From: Candidatus Hydrogenedentota bacterium | Lineage (GTDB): Bacteria > Hydrogenedentota > Hydrogenedentia > Hydrogenedentales > GCA-2746185 | DNA length: 41,106 nt | Direction: 5' to 3' | Assembly: GCA_046583315.1 (NCBI GenBank) | Contig: JAYGCN010000247.1 | Coordinates: 1-41,106, forward strand | Shown here: positions 9,376 to 18,754 of the stretch, one piece after another | Position numbering within the stretch: position 1 is the stretch's first letter | Layout of the letters: each line of letters begins with the position of its first letter | Translations under genes and position numbers: made by a program | Notes under the pieces: model-generated | Told to the model about the DNA's origin: nothing | The model's database searches: none | Seen by the model: the letters and a program-made list of their open reading frames with translations, nothing else

Positions 9376-10038
9376 ATGCTCAAAGCGGTTGTATTTGATT
9401 TGGATGGAACACTCATCGATTCTACCGAGGCGATTGTGGATTCCTTTGTAGCCACTTTCGAAATTGTTGGCGATCCTGTTCCTACCCGCGAATTCATCAC
9501 GCAGTTCATCAGCGTGCCTCTCGAAAAACATTTCGCCGAACTCACGGATCGCGATCCGGTGGAACTTTCCAGAATTTATCGAGAACACTATTTTGCCACG
9601 TGTACCGAAGGCACTGTGTTGTTGCCTGGTGTGGAAGAGGCTCTTCTCGCACTCGGCGAAGCGGGTTTACGGTTGGCTATCGCCACCTCGAAGAGTTGCA
9701 AAGGTTCTGAAATTTTGCTGGAATATCTCGACGTGGCCCACCACTTTGAGTTTGTCGTTGGAGCAGATTCCGTTGTGAATCACAAGCCGCATCCGGAGGC
9801 GCTTGAGATGAGTCGTGAACAGTTGGGAATCGAATCCGAGGAGATGATCTACGTCGGCGACACCCGTTTTGACACGGAAGCCTCGAAAAATGCGGGGATT
9901 GGATGTGTAGCCGTTGCAACAGGTTATGCGCCCCGGAGTGAGCTTGAAGCCCTCGCACCGCGCCATGTAGCCGATACTATGCAAGATGCCTGTGTCTATA
10001 TCCTCAATCAAGTGGCGACGACTAAGGATATTAGTTGA
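9376..10038 (+). CDS. HAD-superfamily phosphatase (Gph/PpaX-like)
   Basis: FDLDGTLIDS, ATSK, KPHPE, YVGDTRFD; AAGGA RBS. Confidence 0.9.
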   Translation: MLKAVVFDLDGTLIDSTEAIVDSFVATFEIVGDPVPTREFITQFISVPLEKHFAELTDRDPVELSRIYREHYFATCTEGTVLLPGVEEALLALGEAGLRLAIATSKSCKGSEILLEYLDVAHHFEFVVGADSVVNHKPHPEALEMSREQLGIESEEMIYVGDTRFDTEASKNAGIGCVAVATGYAPRSELEALAPRHVADTMQDACVYILNQVATTKDIS

Positions 10039-10064
10039 CAGATTCGCACTTCAACCCGTAGAAT
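10035..10064 (+). promoter_or_regulatory. sigma70-type promoter of the 10121-13355 operon
   Basis: TTGACA-18 nt-TAGAAT. Confidence 0.7.
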
Positions 10065-10120
10065 CAGACTCAGACTAGTTATCTTGGAGTCCAGGATTCC
10101 ATACCCGGAGCGGAAACGTC

Positions 10121-10282
10121 ATGAGCGACACGATGTATTTGACGATTATGCTTGGTTTGTTGGGAATCTTAATTGTTATTCTAGTACCGACCATGTTTCG
10201 GACGCGTTGTCGTGCATGCGGAACCTGGAATAAGCTGGATGCCAAGGAGTGTCGAGGCTGTCATGCGATGTTGCCGGATTAG
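10121..10282 (+). CDS. 53-aa membrane-anchored zinc-ribbon microprotein (absent from ORF track)
   Basis: Hand translation MSDTMYLTIMLGLLGILIVILVPTMFRTRCRACGTWNKLDAKECRGCHAMLPD*; TM plus CxxC-x10-CxxC; GGAG RBS. Confidence 0.8.
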   Translation: MSDTMYLTIMLGLLGILIVILVPTMFRTRCRACGTWNKLDAKECRGCHAMLPD

Positions 10283-10329
10283 TAGGTGACATTGCCTATC
10301 GATGGCATTGAGAAAGGACGGGAGTCATT

Positions 10330-11886
10330 GTGGCGACAACGGTAAATTGCCCTTACTGCGGGAAATTGACGGATCCGAAGCTTGACGCGTGTCCGCACTG
10401 CGGTGGCTTCATGAAGAAGAAGCCGGCTCCTGCTCCAAAGTCCAGTTCGCCCAGTCAGACCTGCCCTTCTTGTCAGGCCGTTGTTCAGCGTGGGGACATC
10501 ATCTGCATTGTGTGCGGCACGAACTTGTTGACCGGGCAGAAAGTTGCCGATGCGCCAACGCCTTCCGGCAGCGGGGGCAATAATCTATCCACCGGGATCA
10601 TAATCTTTATCGCGGTCGCGGTTGTTGTATTGCTGGCGATTATGGGCCTGACTTACCTGAACAACAGCGATACCGTGGGCCGTGCGCGAGCGCTCATTGC
10701 GGATTTCAAATACCTGGAAGCCACTGATCTGTTGACCAATTATGTTCAGGGCAGCCCGGACGACGATGAAGCCTGGTTTGAACTTGGAAAGTTGCAGCGA
10801 CGTGCCAAACGTTATGACGATGCGGCAGAATCGTTGAAGGTTGTTGTCGATATTAACCCGGCGAATGTGGATGCGGGACTTTTGGCGGTGCTTAGCATGG
10901 AGCAAGGTTCTCGGTCATCAATCGATCAAGAGATTGCAATACTTGAGCGCGTCGCGGAGCATTCCTCGAACAGCGCGCGGGCATGGCACCTTCTCGCGCT
11001 TGCACTGAGTACGCGAGGCGGGGAACAGGATATCGAACGCCAGATTTCGGCACTTGAACGTGTTATATCGTTGTCGCCTGACTCTGAGTCGGCCAAACTC
11101 GACCTTGGTATTGGCTACATTCTTGATGGAAACTATCGCGAAGCACGATTTACGCTTGACTCCGTGACCAGTGCGAATTTGCAAGGTAATACGGATGTCT
11201 CTCTTGCGTACATGGATGCTCTGGATGCCAACGCTGATCGCGCTATTGCTGGATTTGATCGCGCGCTGTCCACGGACACGGTCTCCATTCGCTGGCAGGC
11301 GCAGACGAGTCTGGCGCAATTGCTTATTGCGCAGGGGCGGTTCCGTGATGCGGAGCTCAATCTTCAGGCCGCTCTCACCGAGAATCCGAACAATGATTAT
11401 GGTCGCTACCTCAGAGGCATCGCATTGCATGCGTTAAATCGACTGAACGAGGCTCTGAGCGAATTCGAGGCGGTCTCGCGTGTACAAGGTCCGCATACGG
11501 GCCTCGCGACGATCCAGGCGGCGAATATTCAGCTGGCTCTTGGCAATGTTTCTGCTGCGGAGCGATTGATTGGCATCGCGCGCAGGAACGGCATTGAAAC
11601 GCCGGCCTACCATACGGTAAATGGTCGTGTTCAGGGACTCATCGGCGACAAGGTTCGTGCTCTCCAGTCTTTCGACACGGCCATAAAAATGGACCCTACT
11701 TACGCGCCGGCTTATCTCGAACGTGGGCTGGCGAATGTAGAGCAGGATCGCGTCAACGCTGGGGTGCAGGATTTGAATCGATACCTGAGCTTGTTGGGGC
11801 GCGATTCGATAGGCACAAAAGCGAATGAGATTCGCCTGCTTGCCAGCCAGTTGCAGCGTACACTGGTAGGGGGGGCAGGCCGATGA
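10330..11886 (+). CDS. Double zinc-ribbon / single TM / multi-TPR protein
   Basis: CPYC..CPHC and CPSC..CIVC, hydrophobic GIIIFIAVAVVVLLAIMGL, then TPR-like repeats (AWFELG, AWHLLA, YLRGIAL, AYLERGLA). Confidence 0.85.
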   Translation: MATTVNCPYCGKLTDPKLDACPHCGGFMKKKPAPAPKSSSPSQTCPSCQAVVQRGDIICIVCGTNLLTGQKVADAPTPSGSGGNNLSTGIIIFIAVAVVVLLAIMGLTYLNNSDTVGRARALIADFKYLEATDLLTNYVQGSPDDDEAWFELGKLQRRAKRYDDAAESLKVVVDINPANVDAGLLAVLSMEQGSRSSIDQEIAILERVAEHSSNSARAWHLLALALSTRGGEQDIERQISALERVISLSPDSESAKLDLGIGYILDGNYREARFTLDSVTSANLQGNTDVSLAYMDALDANADRAIAGFDRALSTDTVSIRWQAQTSLAQLLIAQGRFRDAELNLQAALTENPNNDYGRYLRGIALHALNRLNEALSEFEAVSRVQGPHTGLATIQAANIQLALGNVSAAERLIGIARRNGIETPAYHTVNGRVQGLIGDKVRALQSFDTAIKMDPTYAPAYLERGLANVEQDRVNAGVQDLNRYLSLLGRDSIGTKANEIRLLASQLQRTLVGGAGR

Positions 11887-13355
11887 AAGGGGAGTTTGGA
11901 GTGTCGAAAATGCTGGCATCTCGAAACGTAAAGCATATTCTTTTGGGTACGACGCTGTGCGCCTCGTTGTGCGCCGCGTTGCCGGTATTTGCCTGGGGGT
12001 CGACCACGCAGCGATCTGTGGTGTCAGCGGCTGGTCATATATTCACTCGCAACAGTGCCATACCGTTGACGAATCTGATGGGGTATGTGAACGAGGGAGC
12101 GCAGATTTCCGAAGAAGAGGACAGGAAGTTGTATCTCCAATTTACCGTTGATCCTGTGCAGGCGATTCAGCGCGAAATGTATCTTCTGCAAGGTGTGAGA
12201 ACTGACCGAATCGATCCTTATTTTGCGTATCGGCTGGGTGCGCTGGGCAAAAAAGTTGTTCAATACGTATCCCCGATGCGCGATACGCGAGTTGATGTGC
12301 ACAACCAATACGATGCCGACGTGGAAAAGATGATTGGCGGTGTCAGTCTTGAAAATGCAACCCGCAACCTTGTTGAGCCTGCCGCATATTTTACCGTTGT
12401 GTCTCGACAGGCGCAACAAAACAACGAAATGATTCTCGTTGACTACCGAAGCGGATTGGGCATCGATGGCGTGGCCGGAGCCGGGCTCTCGAAAGATGTC
12501 AGCCGCGCAGTGGATGCGGTAGCGGATGTCTGGTTCACGATATTCCGCTCTCAGGTTGATCTTGCGAATATTTCACACACGGACATGCGCGACTTCATGT
12601 TGCTGTCCATCGAATTCTATGTGAAGACTGAGAATGTGGCTGAAGTGCAAGATGTTTATGCGCGTGCAGGAGAAAAGGGATTGCTTAGCCCTGAGATGAA
12701 ACAGACCATCGGCAATCTTTATTACGACAATGGCTATTATGAAGTAGCGTTGCTCGTATACGATGATCTGTTGCAAGGAAATATTCGGATTCCGGATGTC
12801 AATCGTCGCATTGCGGACTACCATGTGAGTGTGGGGAAGGGATTGCTGGCGGATGGTGAGCTTGAATCGGCGCAGGAAGCATTCCAGAAGGCCGCAGACG
12901 CCGACACGCTTAATGATGACGCGCAACGTCAACTGGTCATGGCGACTCGTGAGATTGAGAAACGGGACACGCGATTCGCCGAGCAGAAAATTTTCAATGA
13001 GATCGGAAAACGGGCTGAATTGGATGCCGAAGCCGCGGAGCAATCGAGGGACTATGTGCAGGCCATGCAATATCTGCGAGATGCACAGGATCGATACGCG
13101 GGTGTTACGGATGAATTTCCTGATCTGGAGCGGGAAGCTTCGGTGGGATTGCGCACGGTTGAAATTCAGATGTCCCAGATGAAAAATGCTCTTGTTGCCA
13201 ATGCCCAACTGCTCAGCGGAAGCGGATTCGCCTATGACGCACGAAAACTGGCTGGTAGTTCGGATAGTCTGGCCACCGACGCGCTCAAAGCCATTCTCGA
13301 AGATGACTACCAAAGTGCTATTCAGGAGTTGTCGCGCACCATTCAACTTGACTAA
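11883..13355 (+). CDS. Secreted protein: degenerate S1/P1-nuclease/Zn-phospholipase C-like domain plus TPR/helical region
   Basis: Signal peptide ending VFA|WG; spacing of GALGKKVVQYVSPMR, HNQYD and AVDAVADVWFT matches the fold; start could be 11883, 11901 or 11910. Confidence 0.65.
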   Translation: MKGEFGVSKMLASRNVKHILLGTTLCASLCAALPVFAWGSTTQRSVVSAAGHIFTRNSAIPLTNLMGYVNEGAQISEEEDRKLYLQFTVDPVQAIQREMYLLQGVRTDRIDPYFAYRLGALGKKVVQYVSPMRDTRVDVHNQYDADVEKMIGGVSLENATRNLVEPAAYFTVVSRQAQQNNEMILVDYRSGLGIDGVAGAGLSKDVSRAVDAVADVWFTIFRSQVDLANISHTDMRDFMLLSIEFYVKTENVAEVQDVYARAGEKGLLSPEMKQTIGNLYYDNGYYEVALLVYDDLLQGNIRIPDVNRRIADYHVSVGKGLLADGELESAQEAFQKAADADTLNDDAQRQLVMATREIEKRDTRFAEQKIFNEIGKRAELDAEAAEQSRDYVQAMQYLRDAQDRYAGVTDEFPDLEREASVGLRTVEIQMSQMKNALVANAQLLSGSGFAYDARKLAGSSDSLATDALKAILEDDYQSAIQELSRTIQLD

Positions 13356-13369
13356 GGGAAACATGCCAG

Positions 13370-13412
13370 ACGCCCCTGGATGCTGAGGCGTTCAGGGGCG
13401 TTTCTTTGTTTT
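13370..13412 (+). terminator. Intrinsic terminator between convergent genes
   Basis: ACGCCCCTGGA/TTCAGGGGCGT stem followed by TTCTTTGTTTT. Confidence 0.8.
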
Positions 13413-13417
13413 ACACG

Positions 13418-15088
13418 TTAATGATGATCAATGGGTTTCATCTCGCCACTTTTGAGACGTCGTACATAATCATCCAGGAGTGGTTTTACTTTCACCGCGA
13501 GAATGGCAGAGCCGATAATGTTCGGGAAGGCCAGCGAGAGTAGCAGGATATCCGCGAAATCGACTATCGCACTCAAGCTCAGTAGAGGCGCCACAACGAC
13601 GACCAGAACGTACACGATACGAAACGCCATAATCGCAGGGCCTTCACCGAACAAATACTCGACGCAGCGTTCGGCGTAGTATCCCCACGAAATCAAAGTG
13701 GAGTAGGCAAACACGAATACGGCGAGACACAAGAAGTAGGGGACGAATGCACCAAGCTGACTGAAGGCCGTAGCGGTAATCTCGATTCCTTCCAGGTCGC
13801 CCTCTGCTAAATGGGCCTTGGTAATCAGAATCGTCAGCGCGGTCATCGTGCATACGACAATGGTATCAATAAACGGCCCGACCATCGCCACGACTCCTTC
13901 GCGTACGGGTTCATCTGTCTTAGCCGCAGCATGAGCAATCGCTGCCGAACCCAGCCCCGCTTCATTGGAAAACGCGGCACGTTTCATTCCATTCACGAGC
14001 ACTCCGATGAAACCGCCGAACATGGCGGAGGGTGCAAAGGCGTTGGAGAAAATTTCGCCAAACGTCGCCCCCACCTGCGAAAAATTCATGAGAATGATAA
14101 TCAGACACACGCTGCAATAAAACACGCACATCGTGGGAACCAGCTTGGAGGTGATCTCACCAATGCGTTTGATGCCGCCGATAATAACGATTCCAACGAG
14201 AAATGCCATTACGACACCTATCCCGAGTTGAACGGGCACTGATTCATCGCCATTAAAGAACATCATCGTTACGGCACTGGCAGTCTGATTGACCTGAAAC
14301 ATGTTTCCAGCGCCAAAGGCCGCCAATACCATCAGCACAGCGAACATGTACGCGAACATCTTGCCCAGGGGTGCCAGTGCCGGTGCGACCTCTTTGATGC
14401 CGTCTTCGAGGTAAACCATGGGGCCACCTTGTACTCGACCGTCATCGTGGACACGGCGATACAATTGCGCCAGGGTACACGAACTGAACTTCATACTCAT
14501 GCCGAAAAACGCGGTCAGCCACATCCAGAACACGGCACCGGGTCCACCCAGCGAAATCGCGATTGCGACGCTGGCAATGTTTCCCAACCCGACGGTTGCG
14601 GACAATGCAGAGGTCAGCGCTTGAAAGTGTGAGATTTCGCCGGGATCGTCCTTTTTATCGTATCGGCCACGGATTACGTCGAAGGAATGTCTGAACAGAC
14701 GCACATTGATAAAGCCGAATCGAAATGTGAAAAAGATACCGCCCAGCACGAGCACGACGACGATGAGCGGTAGCGGATTTTCCACTTGTTTACCATCCTC
14801 GTCGAGTACGGCTTCCCCATCCACCGTCACTCTGTCCGTAGAATATATGGAAAAGAACAATACGGCGCCGAGGCGGTCATTAATGTTCGTCGTAAACCAT
14901 GTGTTGAATCGTGCCTGGAAATCCGAATCCTCGTCAGACCCAGCGTCAGTGGTTTCCTCGCCATCAGCCTCGATCGGTACCTCAACAGCGTCGTCTTGGG
15001 CATAGGATTGACTCGTCATCGCGAATCCGACAAGTAGGAATACGCACACTAAAAGCACAGTTCGGAACAAATTGGACTGACCGGTCAT
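13418..15088 (-). CDS. Alanine/glycine:cation symporter (AGCS family) with N-terminal extension
   Basis: GEISHFQALTSALSATVGLGNI, GGPGAVFWMW, GGPMVY, FSNEAGLGSAAIAHA, FIDTIVVCTMT; alternative start at 15103. Confidence 0.95.
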   Translation of the reverse strand: MTGQSNLFRTVLLVCVFLLVGFAMTSQSYAQDDAVEVPIEADGEETTDAGSDEDSDFQARFNTWFTTNINDRLGAVLFFSIYSTDRVTVDGEAVLDEDGKQVENPLPLIVVVLVLGGIFFTFRFGFINVRLFRHSFDVIRGRYDKKDDPGEISHFQALTSALSATVGLGNIASVAIAISLGGPGAVFWMWLTAFFGMSMKFSSCTLAQLYRRVHDDGRVQGGPMVYLEDGIKEVAPALAPLGKMFAYMFAVLMVLAAFGAGNMFQVNQTASAVTMMFFNGDESVPVQLGIGVVMAFLVGIVIIGGIKRIGEITSKLVPTMCVFYCSVCLIIILMNFSQVGATFGEIFSNAFAPSAMFGGFIGVLVNGMKRAAFSNEAGLGSAAIAHAAAKTDEPVREGVVAMVGPFIDTIVVCTMTALTILITKAHLAEGDLEGIEITATAFSQLGAFVPYFLCLAVFVFAYSTLISWGYYAERCVEYLFGEGPAIMAFRIVYVLVVVVAPLLSLSAIVDFADILLLSLAFPNIIGSAILAVKVKPLLDDYVRRLKSGEMKPIDHH

Positions 15089-15228
15089 GGAACACCTCAT
15101 CATCTGGTTGGATTACCCCGTGGAAACTGGAGCGATTATAGCGGGAACGTGCTTAACCGTCAAACCGGGGATTCGAGTATGCCGCGAGTTGGGTCTTGTG
15201 TGGCGATTTGATATGGTGTGAGGCATTG

Positions 15229-16095
15229 ATGAATGCGGAGACCGTTATGGATCTATCGAGCAATGATAAAGCGGTTCTGCATGTGCCCGATGGTGTAGCC
15301 GCGAATGTGGCATTGGCGCGATGCAACTATTTGGGCATTGGTGCGCATCAGGACGATCTGGAAATCATGGCGATTGAGGGGATTCTTGAATGTTTTGGGA
15401 GCCCGGACCGATGGTTTGGCGGTGTTATCGTCAATAACGGCGCTTCGGCCCCCAGAACGGGACGGTTTTCGAATTACACCAACGAGCAAATGGCTGCCGC
15501 GCGCATTGAAGAGCAGAATCGGGCCGCTGACATCGGGAAATACAGCATTCAGGTGCAGCTCGGCTACAGCAACGACGAAACGAAGGACCCCGCTGACCTG
15601 AGGCCGATGCGAGACATCCTTGAGATTATCCGTGCGACGCGTCCCGGTGTGATTTACACGCATAACCTGCTCGACAAACATTACGCGCATGTTGCCGTGA
15701 CGATTCAGGTTATTCAGGCGATCCGTCAGCTCGATTCCGCAGACCGCCCTACGCGGCTCGTCGGCTGCGAAGTATGGCGTGATCTTGATTGGCTTGTGGG
15801 TGACGACAAAGTGGTGATGGATACAACATGCCTGCCCGAACTGCAACGTGAACTACTCGAAGTGTTCGAATCCCAACTTGAAGGCAAACGTTACGACCGT
15901 GCCGCGATGGGCCGCCGTATTGCGCATGCGACTTATCTTGATCCTCATGAGAATGACAAGGTCGAAGGGGCCGTTTTTGGAATGGATCTCACGCCGCTGA
16001 TAACAGATGACAGCTTGAACCTGCGAGAGTACGCGCTTGGGTATGTCGAACGTTTGAACACTGCTGTCGCGGATCAGCTTGACGAGTTGCTCTAA
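15229..16095 (+). CDS. PIG-L/LmbE-family N-acetylglucosaminyl deacetylase
   Basis: GAHQDDLE, RIEEQ, THNLLDKHYAH; start uncertain (15229 or 15247). Confidence 0.85.
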   Translation: MNAETVMDLSSNDKAVLHVPDGVAANVALARCNYLGIGAHQDDLEIMAIEGILECFGSPDRWFGGVIVNNGASAPRTGRFSNYTNEQMAAARIEEQNRAADIGKYSIQVQLGYSNDETKDPADLRPMRDILEIIRATRPGVIYTHNLLDKHYAHVAVTIQVIQAIRQLDSADRPTRLVGCEVWRDLDWLVGDDKVVMDTTCLPELQRELLEVFESQLEGKRYDRAAMGRRIAHATYLDPHENDKVEGAVFGMDLTPLITDDSLNLREYALGYVERLNTAVADQLDELL

Positions 16096-16135
16096 AAAAG
16101 AAAACGGGACGGTCCGCGTGGTGCAGACCGTCCCG
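16094..16135 (-). terminator. Intrinsic terminator for the minus-strand ABM gene, possibly bidirectional
   Basis: CGGGACGGTC/GACCGTCCCG perfect 10-bp stem with an A-run on the left (U-tract on the minus strand). Confidence 0.8.
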
Positions 16136-16158
16136 AAACAATTCGATACGTCTAATTC

Positions 16159-16581
16159 TTAGCGATGGAAGCCGCCGACACTCGTCAGCGGTACAATCTT
16201 CAACGGTGGTTTGAACGCACCATTGGGTCCGAACATAGGTCCGAGGTCGCCCATGTACGGCATCTTGCCGTGGTTTGTCATCGCTTCTTTGTCCTTGTAG
16301 ATTTCGAAGAAGACGACTTCGTTATCTTTTTCATTGAGGTGAGGGATATACGCCAAGACGCCTGGCTCATTTTCCTCAACTTTTTTGGCAAGGCCAGCCA
16401 GGGCTTCAGCCGCTTCGTCTTTCTTTTCAGGCTTGTAGCTGAAAACAGCGAGCTGGGTGATGGACTCGTGGTGTGCGGCTTCAGCCATACGATTAAATCC
16501 GGTCATGGCCAATGTTGCTGCGGCACCAGCGGCCACGGTCGTCTTGAAGAATTCACTGCGATTCAGTTCGCGCGTTTCCAT
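16159..16581 (-). CDS. ABM (antibiotic biosynthesis monooxygenase)-domain protein with Tat-like leader
   Basis: AAAGGAG RBS; METRELNRSEFFK...AEA leader; ENEPGVLAY, FFEIYKDKEAMTNH. Confidence 0.8.
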   Translation of the reverse strand: METRELNRSEFFKTTVAAGAAATLAMTGFNRMAEAAHHESITQLAVFSYKPEKKDEAAEALAGLAKKVEENEPGVLAYIPHLNEKDNEVVFFEIYKDKEAMTNHGKMPYMGDLGPMFGPNGAFKPPLKIVPLTSVGGFHR

Positions 16582-16787
16582 GTGTTGACTCCTTTGTTTA
16601 TGATGATGAAAAGTTCTCGTATATCCATATAGAACAACGAACAGGCCATCCACTATGCCACTTTTGGTGGGAAAAAACCACCTTGGCACGAATTTCAACA
16701 ATTTCAGCGAATTTATGGAACGCGGGGGTGGATTTGGGTTTGAATTGAAACGTACTATGGAAGCTCAAATTTAACGGGAGAAAAATC

Positions 16788-17378
16788 ATGACCTTGGTAT
16801 CAAAAATCATCACTACGCTGACCTGCGTTGCGCTCACGATGTGTGTCGCACTGGATTCACAGGCGCAACGGAAAAAAAAGGGTCCCGATCCAAGTCAAAG
16901 TGCAACCGTCTCTCAGACGATCGGTACGGACAATCTGATTACCATCAGTTATCATCGCCCTGGTGTGAAAGGGCGCGACGTCTGGACTGAAAAGAGCGAC
17001 AATCCGCAGATTGGACCGCTGGTTCCGAAGAATGGCGATCCCCGTCCGTGGCGTGCCGGTGCTAATGAGTCCACGTCCTTCGTGGTGGCACAGGACGTAA
17101 AAGTTGAGGGAAAAGATTTACCCGCGGGTACCTACAGTCTGTTCATGATTCCCACAGATGACAAATGGACTGTCGTTATCAATAAAGAAGTAAAGTGGGG
17201 GAGTTTCATGTACAAAGCGGAGAACGACGTTCTGCGCGTGGATGTGACTCCGGAGGCTGCACCGCATCAGGAATGGCTCGTGTATGGATTCGACGATCCC
17301 TCAGCCCATTCGACCACGGCGTTCCTTCGTTGGGAAAAAGTAAAAGTTTCGTTCAAGATTACCACGGACGAGAAATAG
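16788..17378 (+). CDS. Secreted DUF2911-like protein
   Basis: Signal peptide; SQSATVSQTIG, ISYHRPGVKGR, WRAGANEST, LPAGTYSLFMIP, LRWEK. Confidence 0.85.
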   Translation: MTLVSKIITTLTCVALTMCVALDSQAQRKKKGPDPSQSATVSQTIGTDNLITISYHRPGVKGRDVWTEKSDNPQIGPLVPKNGDPRPWRAGANESTSFVVAQDVKVEGKDLPAGTYSLFMIPTDDKWTVVINKEVKWGSFMYKAENDVLRVDVTPEAAPHQEWLVYGFDDPSAHSTTAFLRWEKVKVSFKITTDEK

Positions 17379-17396
17379 CGGGTCGCCTCTAGCTTG

Positions 17397-18731
17397 ATGC
17401 GCCCCTATTTATACACCGCACTGATTCTCGTGGCACTGACGAATGTCGCGAAGGCGGCCACTCAGGATGAGGTGGTCGCTTTTGGGCGTGCCATGTTTCA
17501 CGAGGCGCGATTCAGCAATCCCGGGTCGGATATGGAGGCGAGCTGTGCATCGTGCCACGCGGAAGTTGATCCCTTGGGTTCGCGCGCGTTTACGGAATTA
17601 TTCCAGCGCAGTTGGCATCCCTGGCGCACGGAAGACCCGGGCCGTGAAACGTTGCGCAACACGCCGACGCTGCTTGACGTGGGGGAGCATGCCTTTATCC
17701 ACATGGACGGTGAATTCGCGACGCTGGAGGATCAGGTTCGCGGCACGTTGGTGGGCCGGAACTTTGGTTGGCTTCCGGGTGAAGAAAGTGCCGCTCTGGC
17801 ACGTGTTCGCTGGGTGTTCGACAATAACCCCTCACACTCAGAATCGTATGAGAGTGCTTTCGACGTAACGATTTCCGATCGAAGCGATGTTCAAGTTGCT
17901 GATGATATTGCCACGGCGACTGCGGCGTTCATGCGCACCCTCAAGAGCGAGTTCGATTCGCCCTACGACGAATTTATGCGTGTGAATCGATTGCCGTTAC
18001 AGCCCAGCGCAAACGAAACGCCCAAAGCCTACGCAGACGGGGTGCTGGCTCGGCTTCAATCTGCAAGGTTTATCTCCGGATTCGACGCGAAAGCACTCGA
18101 GGGCTACCGAATTTTCTTGCGTAGTTCCGGTCGGGACAAGGCGGGGAATTGTGTGGCTTGTCATGTACCGCCTCTTTTCATGGACGATACCTACCACAAC
18201 ACCGGTGTATCCCAGATGGAGTACGAAAAGTTTCACGGGGCGGGATCATTTGACACCATCGTTATCCCCATACGAAACGTGAACGAAATTTCCCCTGCAC
18301 AGTTTCGTTCCATTTCGCGTCGTCGCGATCAGGGACACGTCGATCTCGGTCACTGGAATTTTGCGAGGCCTGAGACCTCTCCATTGAGACTGCCGGGCGA
18401 CAGTCGTGAGGCATTCTTCGCGCGCACCATCGGAACTTTCAAAACGCCGCCTCTGCGCCATCTTGGTTCCACCGATCCCTACATGCATTCTGGTGAATAC
18501 GATTTCCTGGAGTGGGCCGTTGAGCAGAAAGTTGAGGCGGCGTTTCTTGCGCGCATGGGACAGCTTCGAAATGGGGACGAAGAATTGAAGTCCATTCGCC
18601 TCGACCCCAACGACGTGAAGGCGCTCGTTGCCTTTCTCAATACCTTGAATGACCAGGGCGAGCGCCGGGCCGTCCCTGCACCGACGCAAGGCTCCGCTGG
18701 TTACAGTAGCGGTGCCTATTCCCAGAATTAA
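17397..18731 (+). CDS. Di-heme cytochrome c peroxidase/MauG-superfamily protein, atypical
   Basis: Signal peptide, CASCH, RNTPTL, CVACH, FKTPPLR, PYMHSG, LVAFLNTL. Confidence 0.88.
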   Translation: MRPYLYTALILVALTNVAKAATQDEVVAFGRAMFHEARFSNPGSDMEASCASCHAEVDPLGSRAFTELFQRSWHPWRTEDPGRETLRNTPTLLDVGEHAFIHMDGEFATLEDQVRGTLVGRNFGWLPGEESAALARVRWVFDNNPSHSESYESAFDVTISDRSDVQVADDIATATAAFMRTLKSEFDSPYDEFMRVNRLPLQPSANETPKAYADGVLARLQSARFISGFDAKALEGYRIFLRSSGRDKAGNCVACHVPPLFMDDTYHNTGVSQMEYEKFHGAGSFDTIVIPIRNVNEISPAQFRSISRRRDQGHVDLGHWNFARPETSPLRLPGDSREAFFARTIGTFKTPPLRHLGSTDPYMHSGEYDFLEWAVEQKVEAAFLARMGQLRNGDEELKSIRLDPNDVKALVAFLNTLNDQGERRAVPAPTQGSAGYSSGAYSQN

Positions 18732-18754
18732 GACGCTATTGCCGTAATTAACGC

